Origin: Catajapyx aquilonaris | Taxonomy: Eukaryota | Direction: 5' to 3' | DNA: 64,000 nucleotides | Assembly: GCA_000934665.2 (NCBI GenBank) | Contig: KZ538234.1 | Coordinates: forward strand, 1 to 64,000 | In this document: in pieces, positions 12,501 through 27,500 of the stretch | Position numbering within the stretch: position 1 is the first letter of the stretch | Layout: each line of letters begins with the position of its first letter | Made by a program: the position numbers and the translations under genes | Notes under the pieces: model-generated | Databases searched by the model: none | What the model was told of the DNA's origin: nothing | Seen by the model: only the letters and a program-made list of their open reading frames with translations

Positions 12501-15500
12501 CATTTTTCACCACCCTGTAACTTTGGCTGGCAACACACTCCTTCATTCGTACATCTACTACACACACTAACAAAAGGTTTTTCCTTCGCTTATCGACGGA
12601 TACGGTCTCTGCCACATAAATCACACTCCGGTTGGATTAACAGGTGGTGAAGAAGCCGGGAATTATATCGTGCATGCCCCTGTCTGGTAACCCTGATGGC
12701 CCGGCGGCGGCCATCTTGGAAATACCCTGACTAGTCACGGCTACGCGGAAACGGGACTTGTGTCCTTCCGATAGTCACGTGGGTCGACTCTGGCCATCGG
12801 AGGCACCGGTGTGTGATAATGAACCGGGATTTCCAGTGACACCGTCCAATTAGCAGATGGAATGATAGGAATGCCGAGTGAATGGTAGGCTTCAATGGCA
12901 ACTTCATATCTGCCGGGATTGTCATTTTGTGACAGCTAATCACAACAGATGACTGATCGGCCACCAACACCCGTCATGCTACATTCTACCTGTTCATAGT
13001 GTGCAAATATCGAATCGCCACGGCCAATGGTCATTTTATAATTAGTCCATAGATTTCCCGAGCGGCGTGGACTATGTCCACAAATAAGGCGTCCTTACAC
13101 CTTTATGACCCTTTGCGTGGCGGCCAGTTTGGAGTGCATGCACTTTGAAGTTGGCCGTCTCTATTACAAGCCAAAATGTACCCTTCTCCTCACCTCCATC
13201 TTTCCACACACAAAAAATGGTATGATAGGGCTTAACGAAGGGCTTGTGGTGAAGGCGGATAGAAAATGAAACATAAATCCGCGCCGCACTTTCACACCCG
13301 CATCACATCTACCTATGGGGGATAAAAAAGTCTGCATCTGAGGCCAATAAAAGCTAAGTGGCTAAGAGGCGCGGACCATAAAGGCAATAAATGAGGTGGA
13401 GAGGGGGGGGGGAGGCTTATCATCATCGACACCTCGCAGGCAAAAGCCCAAATAATGGTCAACAACCCGAGATCACCAGTCCAACAAAAAAAAAAATGAC
13501 AAATAATGTACATATTCCCAGCACGTGTAACGCGAGGAATTTGGTTTCTGGCAGTCACTAGTGCTGCCATCTATTCTGTGATCATTCAAAATGGCGTCCC
13601 TTACCTTCACGCCCTTTTGACTGCTGAAATCCGTGCTGAGACACTGCACCGCAACGTTGATCTGAAACACACAAAAAATGCATAGTTAGTCACCAAAAAA
13701 TCACGCTTTATTACCTAAAATATTTTTATAAAGTTATGTTTCATGCTATAATGAATTTCAGCCCGGTAATTTCCGAATCCCTTTTGAGGGTAATGGCGGC
13801 AGGTCTTTTTAATTTGCAAAGTCCCCTTACTCACTCAAATCCCTCCGAATTCGTGAGTGAGGGAGCTCCAGGTAGTGATTACAGGTCGCGGCTTTTGGCC
13901 CATTAAACGGAGACCGGTTCCACTACATCCATTAGAAGCAGTTTCCACGCCCCTTTTGCTCGGATAGTCGCGATTGAGTTCTCTCCATGTCACTCATCCT
14001 TTGACATCCTCACATATGTCCATATGGTCCAACACACTATATTTCCAAGACTACACTCCAAAAAATTCTCCACGCTCCAAACCTTCCATCAGCGTGACAC
14101 TAATCATAGATAAATCCCCCTTAATTTATATGCAGTCAGGATCTCCCTATATGTAAGGTGTGCTGCAGTTGGAAGGTATATACACACACAAAAAACACAC
14201 GAGAGAAGTGGGCTAAATTGCCACCCACCAAGATGGATAGGGTTCTGCCTTTCGGTTTTTAAATCTAGTGAAAAACCCCCACGGATCTAATCCCTGCCCA
14301 CCCAGCCATTTAATCCCATCGGTTACGCTCCCCAATAATTATTGGCCATGTCCATGAATCAAACTCGCCATTTTTATGCATCAAGCGTATCATGCACATA
14401 CGTCTCTTTACACACACCAAAAAAAAATCGGATTAAACCGAAACTTTTGTAAATTGTGCTAAATATTGGCATTTTAAAAAAAGAGGTTGAAACATGCAAT
14501 TTGCTGTCACGATCGTGACTTAACTCTTCAGAAAAATTCGCGGAAAAGTCCGTAATAAACCCATCCTAGCTTCAATTAAAGTTTTTACCTGGCTCGGTCA
14601 CTATGACCCAATTTCCCTGAGGGCACCTGCCCAGCAAATAACCTCATAAATCCCACTCTTGGATGAAGGACCAATCCCCCCCCCCGTATAAATTACCTCT
14701 AATTACGCTTCAATTAGATGGTAATTCCAACCCTCTCATCAGCATCCCAAAAACATTCTAATCGCCGGATATCGAAGCCCTGGATTATTAATTTCATTCC
14801 AAACTGACACCAGAATTCCCACAATGTTACCCAATTAATTCTCCACATTATGTTCGAACTGTTACCGTCTGTGTTCAGATCATCCTGACCTGATAAGGAA
14901 CGTACTTTGAGAACAGACTTTAAAAAAAAAAATAAACTCGACATGATAAGATATCGCTTGGCAGGAGGAAAAGGTAAAAGAAAAAAGGTGGAAAAAAGTG
15001 TAAAAAAGAGTCTCTAGGGAAGATTGGGAGCGCCACCTGCTCGTCAACTGTTCGGAAAAACTCTTTTGTGACTGCAGGAAACTGGACAAGGTTTTTGTGT
15101 CGCTTAATTAAACGCGTCCTCCATGACTTGTCGTGGAAAAAAGTCATCCGGGTACATAAGTCTCATGTTGGAAAAATCGACACCTTGTGTTGGTGTCACA
15201 TGTCGAAATCAGCATATCTCGTGTTATGTGGCGATATACAGCAGTTGCTGTTTGCGTGGAGGATAAATTACTCAGTATTAATTACAGGTATCGCATAACT
15301 GAGACGGTAGCAAAAATAGTGTTTGTTTCCACATCCCCTTGTGAAGTCATGGTAATTATTATTGCAGAGGCTCACACAATAAAAAGATTCGAAGGATGTA
15401 AGATTTCAAGTTCACGCCATCGCGTTTGCATCTTAGGGATGAAAAAAGTCCAGTAAAGGTATGTCACAGTCACGCGAATTAATTATTCTCAATGTTTTTC

Positions 15501-18500
15501 TGCTGTAGAATGTGAAAACTACAGTTTAATGAGTATATTGCATCACTCTCACGTGTGATAGGCTATATACCGCGGCAACAATTTTTCAAATGCGAGGTGG
15601 AGATACGTAGTGGCGTTTAAAAATGTGCTCACAGTTTGAACATACATGCTGAAATATTTTAATATAATTTTCAATTTATTTTTCAATACTTACGATACGG
15701 GACAAGAAACACTGCAGTTTCTCTTATCCTTTGACATTATCTTCATTTGAACTATTGCGCATGCACAAATGGAAATATTTCAATGCATCGAGGTCTTCTA
15801 ATTTGCAATCTAAAATATGGCGCGACACTAAAACTTCAGGTTTATCATCGACGCATTTATCATAATTAACGCTGAGCAAATTCACATCAATTTTTCTCTA
15901 ATGATACTTTATTGCCATGAATATGAAAAATGGGGTGAATTTTATAGCATTACGAAGCTCAGAAAAAGCATGTAATCCGATTATCCGAAACAGGTTTCTG
16001 ACATATCCATTCAAAGTAAACGCAAGCACAAATCATCGGAAATTTTTTGAACCCACAGCTCTCAGCTAATGCACAACCAGTGATCCTTTCGGTTAGAAGC
16101 ATCACTAAAAAAAAAACAATCGCCAACCCTACTTACAAATCTCAACTCCAAAAGGGAACTAAAAAAACATCAAGAACACCTGCGCATATAGCAGAAAAGG
16201 AAAGCTACTAACAAGTGCATCATCAGAGCCTTAATCTAAATTTAAATCAGGCGGCCAGAGCAACGCAAAAAAAGAACGTCAATTAGGTTACCCATTTTCA
16301 TGACGTAGGTCTATCTAAACCTACCCTTTATGGTCTTTCTTACCTGGGGCTCGGAGAATTGCAAGATTCCCATTACATAAAATGACAGGTACGTAACCCG
16401 CAGTGAACTATATAAGAAGGGCCCCGTCACTTCTTAAGACATGGGCGCCATCAAGTGGCGACGGGCTATGCTTAAGACGGTAAGGTTCACACCAAGTGCG
16501 GGTTTTTTTAATTGGAAATTATTTTTTTTTGCAAAAAGGCGCCGTCGCCATAAAAGGCATAAACAAAGTTTTATCCCGAAAGTGTCAAGCGTTTGGAAGA
16601 GTGCAGATTCGTGTATACCCCAAGTTTTATGCGCTGCCTAAGTAAAAATAAGTGGCGGCACTCATTTGATTTTTTTTTATGACACCGTACTTTCACTCTT
16701 AATTCCTCACGAATAAGGACTGTGTCTATCTCAAGCTGCGCGGGTTAATTCGCTATGACACAAAATGTCCCAAGAATCCGGAAGAGGGACATTCGGACGC
16801 TTACATCACCGTAATGCATTTGCAATGTTAACTCCAAAAATGGGTCGAGCATTTGACGTTTATGTTTTTTCGACAATTTTGCCAGGACACGAACATGCAG
16901 TCACAAAACGTGTATCCGCGCCTAAAAATCTAACAAAAAATAAGATGGCTGGATGGACCCCCAATTAGGGGTTTAGCGTGAGTTAGATACGCCCTTGTCC
17001 TATCCCCCGAGAATCGCATAGGAAATAATTAGTCGTAGTGGATCAGGGGCATGATGCATTAGGCGCGCAATTTATAACTCGAACTCAGGACTCCACCTGG
17101 ATGCGCTTCACCTCACGTTCTCACACTTGTTCTGAGGATTAGCCCACACGCCACCACACACCTCACACATATCCATCTTCCGGCGCTTGGCTGCATTCAC
17201 ATTTCTATCTATCCCTCTTATCTGTTCCACCTGTCTTGTTTCCTTGGTTTGCAAGGACATTGCACCATTTTTATTGTCCCTTCTTTGTCACCGAACTAAT
17301 TTGAATATGAGATGCAGCCCTCAGAAGGTGGACGCCAAGTTCGCCTTGAAGACATGGAATAACTGCACATCAAGGAGTTCAATCGCATTCCTACGTTCTA
17401 AAACTGTCGCATAATTCGAGGAAGCCTCAGGCTCAAATCCTTATAAGTCAAACCAAGAGGGTAGATGACACATGTCATGACCGACCATGGATTTGGAGCA
17501 TTCTCGTGCATCTTAATCTGACAGCATGACCTAATGCATGTTTCGGAGCAACGATGCGCAAAGAATGATCATTCATATTAGAAGCCTTTGCCGTTCCGTC
17601 ACGACAACAAAGGCTCTTCATTTTTAACTTCATACAACCCCCCCTGTCATTTATATACACCTAATTAACCCTCTGGTTTCAGACTAATGATTGACTCCTT
17701 GTGTCTATTTTTCCTGCTGGTTCAAGTCGCAAATTAAAATCCGAGCTCATCACTTCCAAATAGAAAATGAGTTCACATACACAGCCCCTCGGAACAAAAA
17801 AAAGTTGGATAAAAACAATAGCGTGCCGACGGCGTATATTTTGTGCCCAAACTGACAATAATAAAATGGGCTCCGGTCCCCCACCCGAACTATAAAAAAA
17901 ACTAAAGGTTAAAAAAAAAGTCATGAGAATTGCTTAGAGCCAAGATGATCATCTCACAGATCCATAAAAATTCAAGAGAAAATATGCCAGTCCTATTGTT
18001 TTACTTTTACCATTTTATTCCCCACGATGTTCACTAAATATCAAAAGAATCCCCCATTTTTTGAGTTTAGATAACGAATGGTAGTTTTATGAAGAATACA
18101 TAAAAAAAAGGTCTGGAATTCGAGCGGCAAGATGAGCCTCTCAAGAGGATACTTTCCCGCCTAATTATCTCCCAGTAGGTTCTCATTATCTAGAGTCCTG
18201 GGTCACAAAAAACTCGTAAAATGTACAACAAAGCACAGAAATAAAAGTCATTGGTACGCCACGAGAATTTTTTTCGAGCCATCATGCGTTTCGCAACATT
18301 GCAATTTAATTGCAGGGTCGCACTCGGTGATACATTGCCTTTTTTGTAGATGGCGCCGATGAATAATAATTTCCGGCGCAGGTGACTCACACTGGTATAC
18401 ATACACACACACCAAAAAAAATCGTGATAAAATGTGACAAATGAAAGCATATTTTGCGTCGCCATGATTTATGCTTCGGAAGGTGTCTAATGAGATTAAA

Positions 18501-21500
18501 TATATGTTGGACCCCCTTTTCCGGCCAAAAAATGGCCGCTTGGTATGCTGATCGTACAGCCAGATAAGTCATCTTAATGCCCGATCTTGTTTTTCTGTGG
18601 TTTTATATCCTTGAGACTAATCCGCAGTGAGTGGAAAATTGTGCTACTGTTCCCCCGGTAGCTTACGCGCTTAAGTGAATTAACCAGCCAAATATAATAT
18701 AGATTTACAAATTTTACGTGTGCTTAATGCCAGAAAAATGAGGTTAAGCCCTTTGTTATTTGGGAGCCACGGACGAGCAAGCATCATATTCAAGCTTATT
18801 GTAAATAATAAAAAAATTGACACCGCCATGTTTGATGTTCACGCATGCGCTTCATGCTTGGTAATGCAAAGACAATGGGAATCCAATCAGCAAAGTGACG
18901 TTATCGTGGGTCTCCATCGCGCTCAATTCCCTCGCAAAATGTCCCCAATATCAGATCCGCAAAAACATCTTATTGTCCCAAAAGGTGGAGTCAGCTCATT
19001 TTTTCTTCTCACTAACGGTTACCGGTCCTAAAACCAGTTGAAATCGGGGTATAAACGATGCTCCACTGAGCCCACACACTTCAGAATTTCTTTGTTTTGT
19101 CATTTTTTCGACATCTCGGTTGGTGAATCCTGATTATAACGGGCACCCGTCCAATTTGCATGACCGAGCATCCGGTTGGGAAGTTTCTATAGAAAATGTG
19201 TAATCTGCTCATCAATAAGTAGACTGGGGGGCTTCTGTTATCTCCGGAACAGAGAGGGCACTATTCAAATTCAGAAAAATCAGGGGTCGTTCCGGACCAC
19301 ATAAAAAATCTCACTTGACCAGCCCCTAACATTACAATCCGGTAGATCCAAAGATACAACAACTTTCCCATAAGCCCAGCAACAAACACCAGTTAAAAAT
19401 TGAGATTCCTACAATGTACAAATTCAGGGTCCATTTTCTTGCAAAATATTGCAAATGACATGTCATGGCGGAGGCAATATTTGTCCATAAAGCACGGTTG
19501 CCATTGACGAGAAAGTGGCTGGAACCGGTCGGAGGAATAAGTAAGGTGTTTTTGGGCGTCATTGACAGCAGTCATCTTGACGTAAAGAAGCGAAGGCGGA
19601 AACCTTGGGGGTTGACATGGATGAGGTTGTTTCTCCCGGTCAACATGGCCACTTTGTTGCTAAAGAGTAGTGGGGAGGATGAGGAGGTCAGAGAAGAAAA
19701 TACCCTGCTGGTGTAGGATCATTCCAAGTGTCACCTCTGGCGAATTATTTGCCGATGGACGCGATAAGTCAGCAACGCCTTGCTTGCGTCACCATCCACA
19801 GTTGCCATTTTGGTCGGACCTGGTGACAAATTCTGGCCTTCAGAAGCCGGGACCTCTAATATATGAGGCTTGTCATGAGACACGGAGATTAAAGGTGTCC
19901 ATCGTCATGTCCGAGTTACGATCTATGAGGCCTGTCAAGCAACCAGACTTGATTCCCGGAGTTGGTCCCATTTTCTACGGCAGGAGACCTGGAATTTCTT
20001 TTGTCTAAACGACCCGCATATTTACATATTGCAGATGAACTGTGTACGAAGATTTTGACCGCGCAATCTGGGTTGCGCGAACAGAGATGGCGCTCACTGC
20101 CGCCTAGCCGCGGGAGAGTTCAAACTTACCGCACGCTAATAAAATAATTACGCATTTTCTCTTAAAAGCATAAACGTGACAACAGGGCTAGAAAATGGGG
20201 CGGACTCGTTATGTCCAAGCTTCCTTCGAAGGCGCCCTCAACACAGCAGCTCCTGAAGTCAGAGCACGTAGCGCATTTCCGCCAATTAAGAGAGCAGCTA
20301 TCAAGGGGTTGAAAATAACATCCCTCCCTAGCTGCCACCTCCCCCCTTTCAAAAAAACTTGGGAGAAGAAAACCTTATACACACAGCTGTGGAAACTTCA
20401 CACGGCACCTGAGCCTGGTGCTGCAGGTAGGCGGTGGGCCGACTCTCTCTTTTCGCATGCAGGACAAAGGTGTGGACATTACAAAGTCGCGCGCGACCCG
20501 AGTCCATGTCGAGTCCGATTTACATAAACGTCCCGTCCCATTAGTCAGACGGGAGAAAGGCCCATCGACAGCCAGGAGACAAGGCTTTACACTTGTTGCC
20601 ATCAGTCACAATCGGACATGTTGAACTTTTTGGGTCTTCAGTCTTACCTTTGCAGCACTCTCCAGTGGATTCCAGTATATGGCGATGGCGTTGTGGGCTA
20701 TTTCCTCGATGCCTCCCACGATCCCGACGGCGTTCTTCGTGTCTGAAATGGCGCAAGAGGTACACACTCAGTTGGATGCGACGTATACTCAGACGACCAA
20801 ACAAGTTTCCACATTGTAATTCGATCCTTTACATATTTCAAGCCAACACTTTCATTTGTTTTCTCAGCGGGCATACTAAAACCTAAATAATGAACTACCG
20901 GGCACAAATTATTGCTTGTACCTGATTTTAACTAGCGTGTTTTTAAAAACTGGTTTGGAATTTCAAATAATGCATAAACTACAAAAAAAAATATGAAAGC
21001 GACTGCAGTTACACTGTTTACCATCCCTGACGGAAATATTATTTACTTGCAAATCGTGTTGGCAATTTCAAACCATTCTCGAGAATTTTAGCACGAATTG
21101 CTAAATTTTGTATTGTTTTGCATTGATTTGCAACGTACGTTTGCTAAGTGTGAAAGCGTCACGAGAAAACTTGAGATACGGTGCATACATGATAATAAAA
21201 TCTTAGAATGTGGGATATTCAACTGACAGATATTTTTATTTGTGGACCATTGTCTTAGTTTCGTGGCACATAAATATGAAACGTCGCTTACTGCGTCGTC
21301 AATTATTGCACACCCTGATATGTTTACAGCCAAACTGGACAAAAAAAATTGTTTGTTTCCTTTTTGTTCGAACCGAAACTGTCTTGTACCGGTGGGAACA
21401 TTTCATTTGAAACACCTGTGCCGCGTGCATATGTACATTGTCTCATCCAAATAGTCGCAAAGCATGCAAATATATTTGATCTTTATCATGCCGTTGTATG

Positions 21501-24500
21501 AACCTCTCCCCTGAGCCCCACCTCACACACACACACACACACAGGCTATATATCCAAGGGTCAGCAACATCCAACTTCCATGCATCAAACACTGTAATTA
21601 CTAAGAAGATGGGTAAATTATAGCCTCAATGGCTGAGATCCCCCCACTCCCCCGTCTCACATTTCCCCCAAACTCCCATAATCTAATCCCCTCTCCCCGC
21701 AACCCCCCCAAACACACATACGTGGAAAAAAAGAAGTCAGAAAAAAATAATAAACATGGCCAAACGCTTCATGCATGATTGCCTGCGGATCTTACCTGCA
21801 GTACCCTCCGGCTGCTTTCCAGTAGAAAGGGGAAAAAAGAGAGGGAGAAAAAGAAGGAAAGATTTTCGGTTAGACACACGTCAGATGGCGGTTCAGATTA
21901 GCCTGGAAGCTGCAGAGAGTGAGTGTGTGGGAAAATGATGGAGCCGCCAGGGCCTTTTATCTGGCCCAGGCTGTCTGCCCTGCTCCTCAACAATTGCTAC
22001 TCGGCTACATCAAGATGGAACCCTCGCCCTCACTTAGGACCCCCTCCATTTCTCTGTATGTCTGATCAGCTGATCATTCCAGACGCCATCTCGTGACGTC
22101 ACTCTCAAGCAAATAGGATTTCCCACACTCTATGGCCCTCATGTTGTAAACACTTTCCCCGGTTCTGCATATCAGCACATCAATCAGGGGCTGTGCTATC
22201 ATCGTGTCCAAGCCCATCTATTTGCCAGTCTCGCACTTTTTCCAGTCTAACCTACCCAAGGGGGGTTTCAAACCCAACTTGCCCATTATGCTTTAACTTC
22301 CTCGGGGCAAAACACCCTCATCAAAAGTAATTAGGCTGATTACCCAAGAATCAATCGCACGAAAGCTTCGTGGCGGGAAGGGAGGTATATACCCCCACTC
22401 TCAAGACACGATTGGCTACTTGATGTTACCCGCGGGTTACCAACCCCAAAAGCGTGAATGAGTGATTAATCCTTAGGGGCATACAAAAAAAAAAATTACA
22501 TTATGTCATCAATTCCGCCAGGTAAAAATTTTCACCCGTAAATCCCAGCTTTCACTCGACCACCCAAAAAAATAAGTAATCATGTAGGTTAAGTGCAAAC
22601 TAGTTTTCAGAGCATATATTGAATTAGTGCCGAGTTCAGTTAAAATAAAGACACTGTAGGGTTATCAACCAGGAGCTTTCGACTATTAAAGGAGAGAGTT
22701 GATGGTAAAGTGAAGGGAAAACTGCCATAGTAAAAAAAGGTGCATTCTTGATGGCACTCAAAGTGCCAGAGATGATTGCCACTTTTTGCACCGACTGATT
22801 GACACTTCTCGCCTACCCTCGGTTATCGCTCTATGTTTCTCGCACGCAATATGCGTTCATGCCGCACAATGAATGAAAAAAACATTTGCGAGACAGTTAT
22901 TGCACGTACCTCCACGCAGCAAGTTCACCTTTTTCAACCCCAATTAATTCATCTCACCCGCCTTTTCCCACGCCCACGATGGACATAAAAGCACACAACC
23001 CGCGGGTATACACATTGCTCACAAAAACCAGGCGACTCTTCCTCCCCCCCCTTGAAAACCCACTTGTCACTTCCAGCTAACAAAATGGATGACATGGCTC
23101 ATTACGCCCAGGGAACGGCCAAAAAACGCCCTCAACTTAATCCATCACTCTGTGCGTTTTTTTATTATTTCTTCATCATTGTCTAACATGCAACAGATAT
23201 GTCATCACATTACCAAAATTGTCATCCCACCTGCAGATCGCAATTTTAAAAATTCACACGCTCCATCTGCTTCCGCCCTTAATTACGCCGCAATTAATGC
23301 CACTACAAAATTTATACCTGCAGCTGCCATTGGCATAAAAAAACTTTTGCGGTTTATGAAGCGCCGGCGCCAATAGGAGCCCGTAAAGAGAAGCCAATGG
23401 GCGAGGTTTGTAGTCAGCAAAATTATTGGCCAAGGCCCGCAATTCGACCCTGGACTACCCGTTTTCTATTGGTCGCTAAGTCGTTTAAGTTGTACGACAC
23501 GCCTTTTTTAAGCGAAGGAGGCTTGGCTAAAACGTGCGCGGACTATTTTTTGGCGAAAGCTATTTCACCACAAGTAACGGGAAACCTACCTTTAAAACCA
23601 CGTATCCGCCATTAAATTAAAGGGATGCGGGCCAAATATGAATGATCAAGTCCAGGCAACCCAGAGCCTGCGGGTGGGTGTGACATGTAATAATTAACAG
23701 CCAGCAAGTTATGCCAGGTGTGGTTGGTATATACCGGAGGAGGTGTATCAGATATGATACCTAGAGAGGTCACTCAAAATCCTGGTCCATCCCACCCCCA
23801 CTAGAGCCCTGGTGGCCTCTGCCCAAAAACTCACGTGATAACACCCCCCCCCCCCCTCTCTTTTGCCAACCTCGCAGCACCATCCTTTACTTCTTCCGGT
23901 CAAGAGTTCGATGGCCGAGAGTGACCGACCCGCCCGGCGAGTAATTAGCCGGCAGGGGCCCCAGCATAGCATCATCCAGCAAGAAACGCGCCCTTGCTCA
24001 ATGAATAAATGACCCCCCACACGTTGCCCAAAGAAAAGTGGGGTGGATGGGGATGCATATAGGATCTAGAAGAGAGGGGGAGGGGGGGGGAGTTAAAAAG
24101 AAAAAGAAAGAAGAGGAGACACAACATGCGATTTGCTCACGAAATGTTGTAGGGACTATTTTTTGTCGGTCAATCCTTTGAATCAAAAGGGGGGATCTGG
24201 ACTGATAGGAATCGACAAGCCTCTCCTATCGTTATCTTCATCTCTAATCAAGTATGGCGACTTGAAACAGGTGACGTCTCCACTTCGCGACATAAAACAC
24301 AGTTACGGCTCGCTTCTGACAATGCGACCGGAATTGTTCATTGGAAATAATGACAAGTCAGATTGCAAAAATCAAAGGGATGACATCCGATATGTGAAGG
24401 AATTCAGGAAATGCCAAATAAGGTCAAGTCCCTAATAAGGTCCATATATTCTGATAATTAATATTAGCAGTCGATTTTTGTATGCGGTATGAAAATCTCT

Positions 24501-27500
24501 TCAGAAGAGATTCCCAGACATACAAAAATCGAATGGTAATATATCGAATTAATCAACTAAGTAACCTCCCAGCACAATCAGGTCAAGTTATGGTCGCGTG
24601 TAACCTAATCCGTCTAGATGCTAATTTTACCTTCCCTTGTCCAACATCTGTCTGCAGCGAGAATAAATTACAGTCACGTAAATCCGCGTTGATTTATCTG
24701 TTTATACGTGTGGCGCGACAAACACTTATATGTCAAATAGGTGGAAGTAACCTTGCCCCCGGTGACCCCCTCCTTCGAATAGGAGGATTTCTTCTCTCCA
24801 GCTCGTATACTATGGCGCTAACTCTCAGATCGCGTGCACCTAACTTGGAGTACGTCAGACAACAATGTCAAGCACGAGAACGTGTCCTTTGCGTGTTGTA
24901 AGGAACAAAGCCCAATTAGAATTTCACTCAGCTTGATTTTTTTTAATCTTACGCCCTGCATTTTGCTCATTTAATGGTGCCAGGAGAGAAAATAATTCAA
25001 TAAGTAGTGTAGATATGAAAATGGCACGTCATTAGACTCAGCAAAGTCTAAGCTGAGCCTATTACGGACCTAGAATCAGAACGTGCAGGATTTCGTGATA
25101 ATTAAATGCACTGAAGAGCCGCGTCTCAAATGCACATGAAACACTGTCGGGACTCGCAGGAAGATTGATCACAAAAAACAGTTTTTGAGCTTTATAATAC
25201 CGCCACTCATTACTTTTTTATAATAAGGGCTAAAAACCTAAGCGAAACCTCAGACAAAAAAAAAACCTACAAAATTCCCCAATTTATGTGATTACATCCC
25301 ATATTTTCGTGACCATTACTTGGTGCTTTTCGAAACCTCATTAAATTCTTTAAAATATTCCTCCCGAATACGCCATAAGATATTTTAAAAACATGGCGAC
25401 TACTATATTTGAACGACGTTGTGGGGTTAAAAATAATAAATTGTTGTGCATCTGTAGAGTTCGAGAAGCAGTTCATGGCAAACTTCTATTCAACCTTCTT
25501 AATGTCACTGTAACGGTTCCATTCATTGGTTTCGCTAAAGATAACTCGCGTGCGAGAATAGTTTCCATGTCATCGTTCCATGACGTGCAAATCTACTTGT
25601 CAAGGAAACTAACATTTGAATAAGGTTTCATTGACAATAAGTAGCCGATTAGTAATAAACACAACACTTATTATATGACGTAAGTGGGTTGCTTACAGGA
25701 AAAAAAATTATTTGATTTTGGCCAAGGTAACATATCGCTTGCAATTTCCCTTTCAAGTGCTGAAATTAACCATAAAAACTTTTAATATTCGTGTGGTAGT
25801 ATTTATAATGGACTATTGCAAGGTTGCAACTGGGAAGAAAGCTACACACTAACCTAAATCCTGATCAAGAAATCTCGCCTACACCTATGAAGCAAGTCTA
25901 TAGCCGCGATAGTCGTTGATGTCTTAATCCCAGACCATAATGTACCTCGCAAGGAGTCAACAAGCCCATATCTGCACCTCAAAACCAGTTTTGTTGAAAA
26001 AATTTACACCATTGCAATGCCATTCCGCAACACAATACTGTTACGCACACGAAAATAAATAGCACCACCATGTACACCACCGAGGAAGATATAAAGTCCG
26101 CAGCACTGACGATGAATCGAGACTTCATTTCTCCGGAATGTGCAGGTTTGCAAGAGAAAGAAGACTAAGAAGCAGAAGAGAAATGTTCCAGTCGTCGAGT
26201 CCGGAATGTCACCTGTACCCTCTGTTTTTTTTCTTCATTTTTAATTTTTTTTAAATATTCTAAAGCTTGTCTCATGGTCACCTTGCAAACCCCTTTACGA
26301 ATATGAAATGAAGAACTGCGCACAATTAATAACAATACGATCCAGGGGCATTAATTTGTAGTGCTCATGGGAGGTGAGGTGGGGAGGAGGAGAATGGGAG
26401 TGGTGTTGGGGTGGATAGCGGTTGATTAGTATGCAGACTGCAGTGTCCCATAAATCTGGCGGCAAAAAGCAAGGTAAGATAGAGTTGGCTTGGGAAAATC
26501 CTGGCGGCAGCGGACTAGGAATCCTCATCAAAGAGTCGCCTCCCGTACGCGGAAGATTGCCAAGTGAGCTTTTCCATGTTTTTTTTTTCTTTCTTGCCAC
26601 AACCCCTATCCCTAACGTGGGGGTGAGAAGCCAGGTGAAAATGGAGAGGATTAGTGAAGATAAGGTGATTCCAGTGAATTTGGCCGACATCCGGGAAAAT
26701 TAATACCGGCAGTGGGTGGAGATATCTGACCCGGTTTTTGTGGGTTGGTAGATATAATTAGGTTAAATAGGTGATCAATAAAAAGGTAGTTTATCACCCT
26801 GAAAAGTATTTCTCACCTTGCTTAGTTGTACCGGTTTACAATAGCACCGGAAGGAACTTACCGGAAATGCGAAAAAAATGCGGGGTGTAACTCGCAGCAT
26901 ATTTAGGATATAATAATGTATCCTATTGTTGAACAATTATATGCATCACGTCCCAAATATCCTGTCCAAAAAATACAGTTGCACCTACCGAATGTCATCA
27001 CTGCTACCACAGTAGTCATTTATTAATAGTTCTGTAGTCGATTGGAGTAAGCTGACCGCTTTTTTTTCTCACACTTCTTCTTCTTTAAACCTGTTATTAC
27101 ATCAGTTACGCCCTGTCATGTGGATTTGGCCCACGGGACTCAACGATCGTTTCTTCCGGACACTCTGGACAGCAGCCCTTTTCATTATTATGCATCATTA
27201 GCATAGCTTTCGCCGCAAAGGTGCATGACACCATAGCCCCTATGGTTACAAAAAAAAACACACATATCAGAGAGGGTATGCAACTACGCATTGCGTCCTT
27301 TCTCTCTTTTATGCAACGTCCTTGCGCAATGAAAGGCATGGTGTCTGCCAATCAATGTTGCACACTATTATAGTTAATTTTCGCTAGTTTCGACACTTCC
27401 GAAAACGTACATCACGGAGGATGTAAATTCGGCATCTTAAGGACGCCCATTTTTTTTTTTTCAAGTAAATTTTTTTTAAGGGCTCAAGGGGTCGAACCCC

